Source: Lama guanicoe
Lineage: Eukaryota
DNA length: 64,000 bases
NCBI GenBank assembly: GCA_013239625.1
Contig: MU054220.1
Location: forward strand, 8,715,367 to 8,779,366
Reading direction: 5' to 3'
The translations under genes and the position numbers were made by a program. Every line of letters starts with the position of its first letter. Positions within the stretch are counted from its first letter, which is position 1. A model generated the notes under the pieces. The model saw only the letters and a list, made by a program, of their open reading frames with translations, made no database searches and was not told where the DNA came from. Shown here in pieces: positions 63,530 through 64,000 of this stretch.

Positions 63530-64000
63530 CTCCAGCAGTAAATCCACATCTTTTGGGGGAAGCTTACACTGTTTGGAGGGTCCTCTTCAAGAAAAAGAAT
63601 ATAAAATTTAGAAATAAAAAATCAGATACAAATGTAAATACATCATTTTTTTAAAAGAAGCAGGAAGTCACAATTATTGATTCAAAAGAACTTGAAAAAT
63701 ATCACAAATTTCACAAAATATATGTATTTATTCATAAACTGACACAAAGCTATGGTATTGATTTTCCCACATTCATGGACTAGATACTCTTCGTTTGCTC
63801 TTTCACTTGACAAAGATTTCATTATATCAATTTCCATAGAGAGATTAGAAAGATATTTAATCCTTTAGTGTAAATTTTCAGCAGGATTTTGCAGAGGGAG
63901 GACAACACACATCTGGTAGGGTCAGAGGCCATCCGGCTATGTAAAGACGTCATCATGCCCAGCAATAGCAGTAGACAGGCAACGGAAGTGATACACACTT
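63530..64000. mobile_element. hAT-Tip100 DNA transposon (Zaphod/MER115-like), runs off the window end
   Basis: GAAGCTTACAC...GTCCTCTTCAAGAAAAAGAATATAAAATT...ATACTCTTCGTTTGCTC...CATAGAGAGATTAGAAAGATA matches my recollection of Zaphod/MER115. Confidence 0.65.

Noticed and set aside
1..64000. CRISPR array, operon or other prokaryotic-type system
   Set aside because: The sequence is mammalian and repeat-rich, with no regularly spaced repeat-spacer array or gene-dense segment

Overview
This is AT-rich mammalian non-coding DNA (intergenic or deep intronic), most likely from a camelid draft assembly (alpaca, llama or camel). The species inference rests on two tRNA-derived SINEs of the camelid Vic-1 type, artiodactyl-type L1 3' ends, and no recognisable Alu, BovB/Bov-tA or PRE-1. 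I found no credible protein-coding gene, RNA gene or CRISPR array. The ORFs I could explain come from N-gaps, microsatellites or decayed transposons, and the rest show no protein I recognise. The window is a mosaic of transposon fossils: MIR, L2, L1, MaLR MLT1, MLT2, ERVL, ERV1 solo LTRs, and hAT and Tigger DNA transposons. There are two assembly gaps (4428-5209, 5620-5761), flanked by a near-identical ~2 kb duplication that is probably two haplotypes placed in tandem. The most interesting structures are: (1) a compound templated insertion inside an L1 (55729-55860); (2) four independent loci of one ERV1 LTR family within 22 kb, one lacking a TSD; (3) a young solo LTR with a tandemly duplicated 5' terminus; (4) three 5'-inverted L1s; (5) a three-layer nested insertion; (6) perfect inverted repeats; and (7) several unique motif-dense segments that may be enhancers. 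I do not see evidence for a novel biological system. Repeat family names are from memory of consensus sequences, and boundaries of old elements are approximate; both need RepeatMasker/Dfam confirmation.
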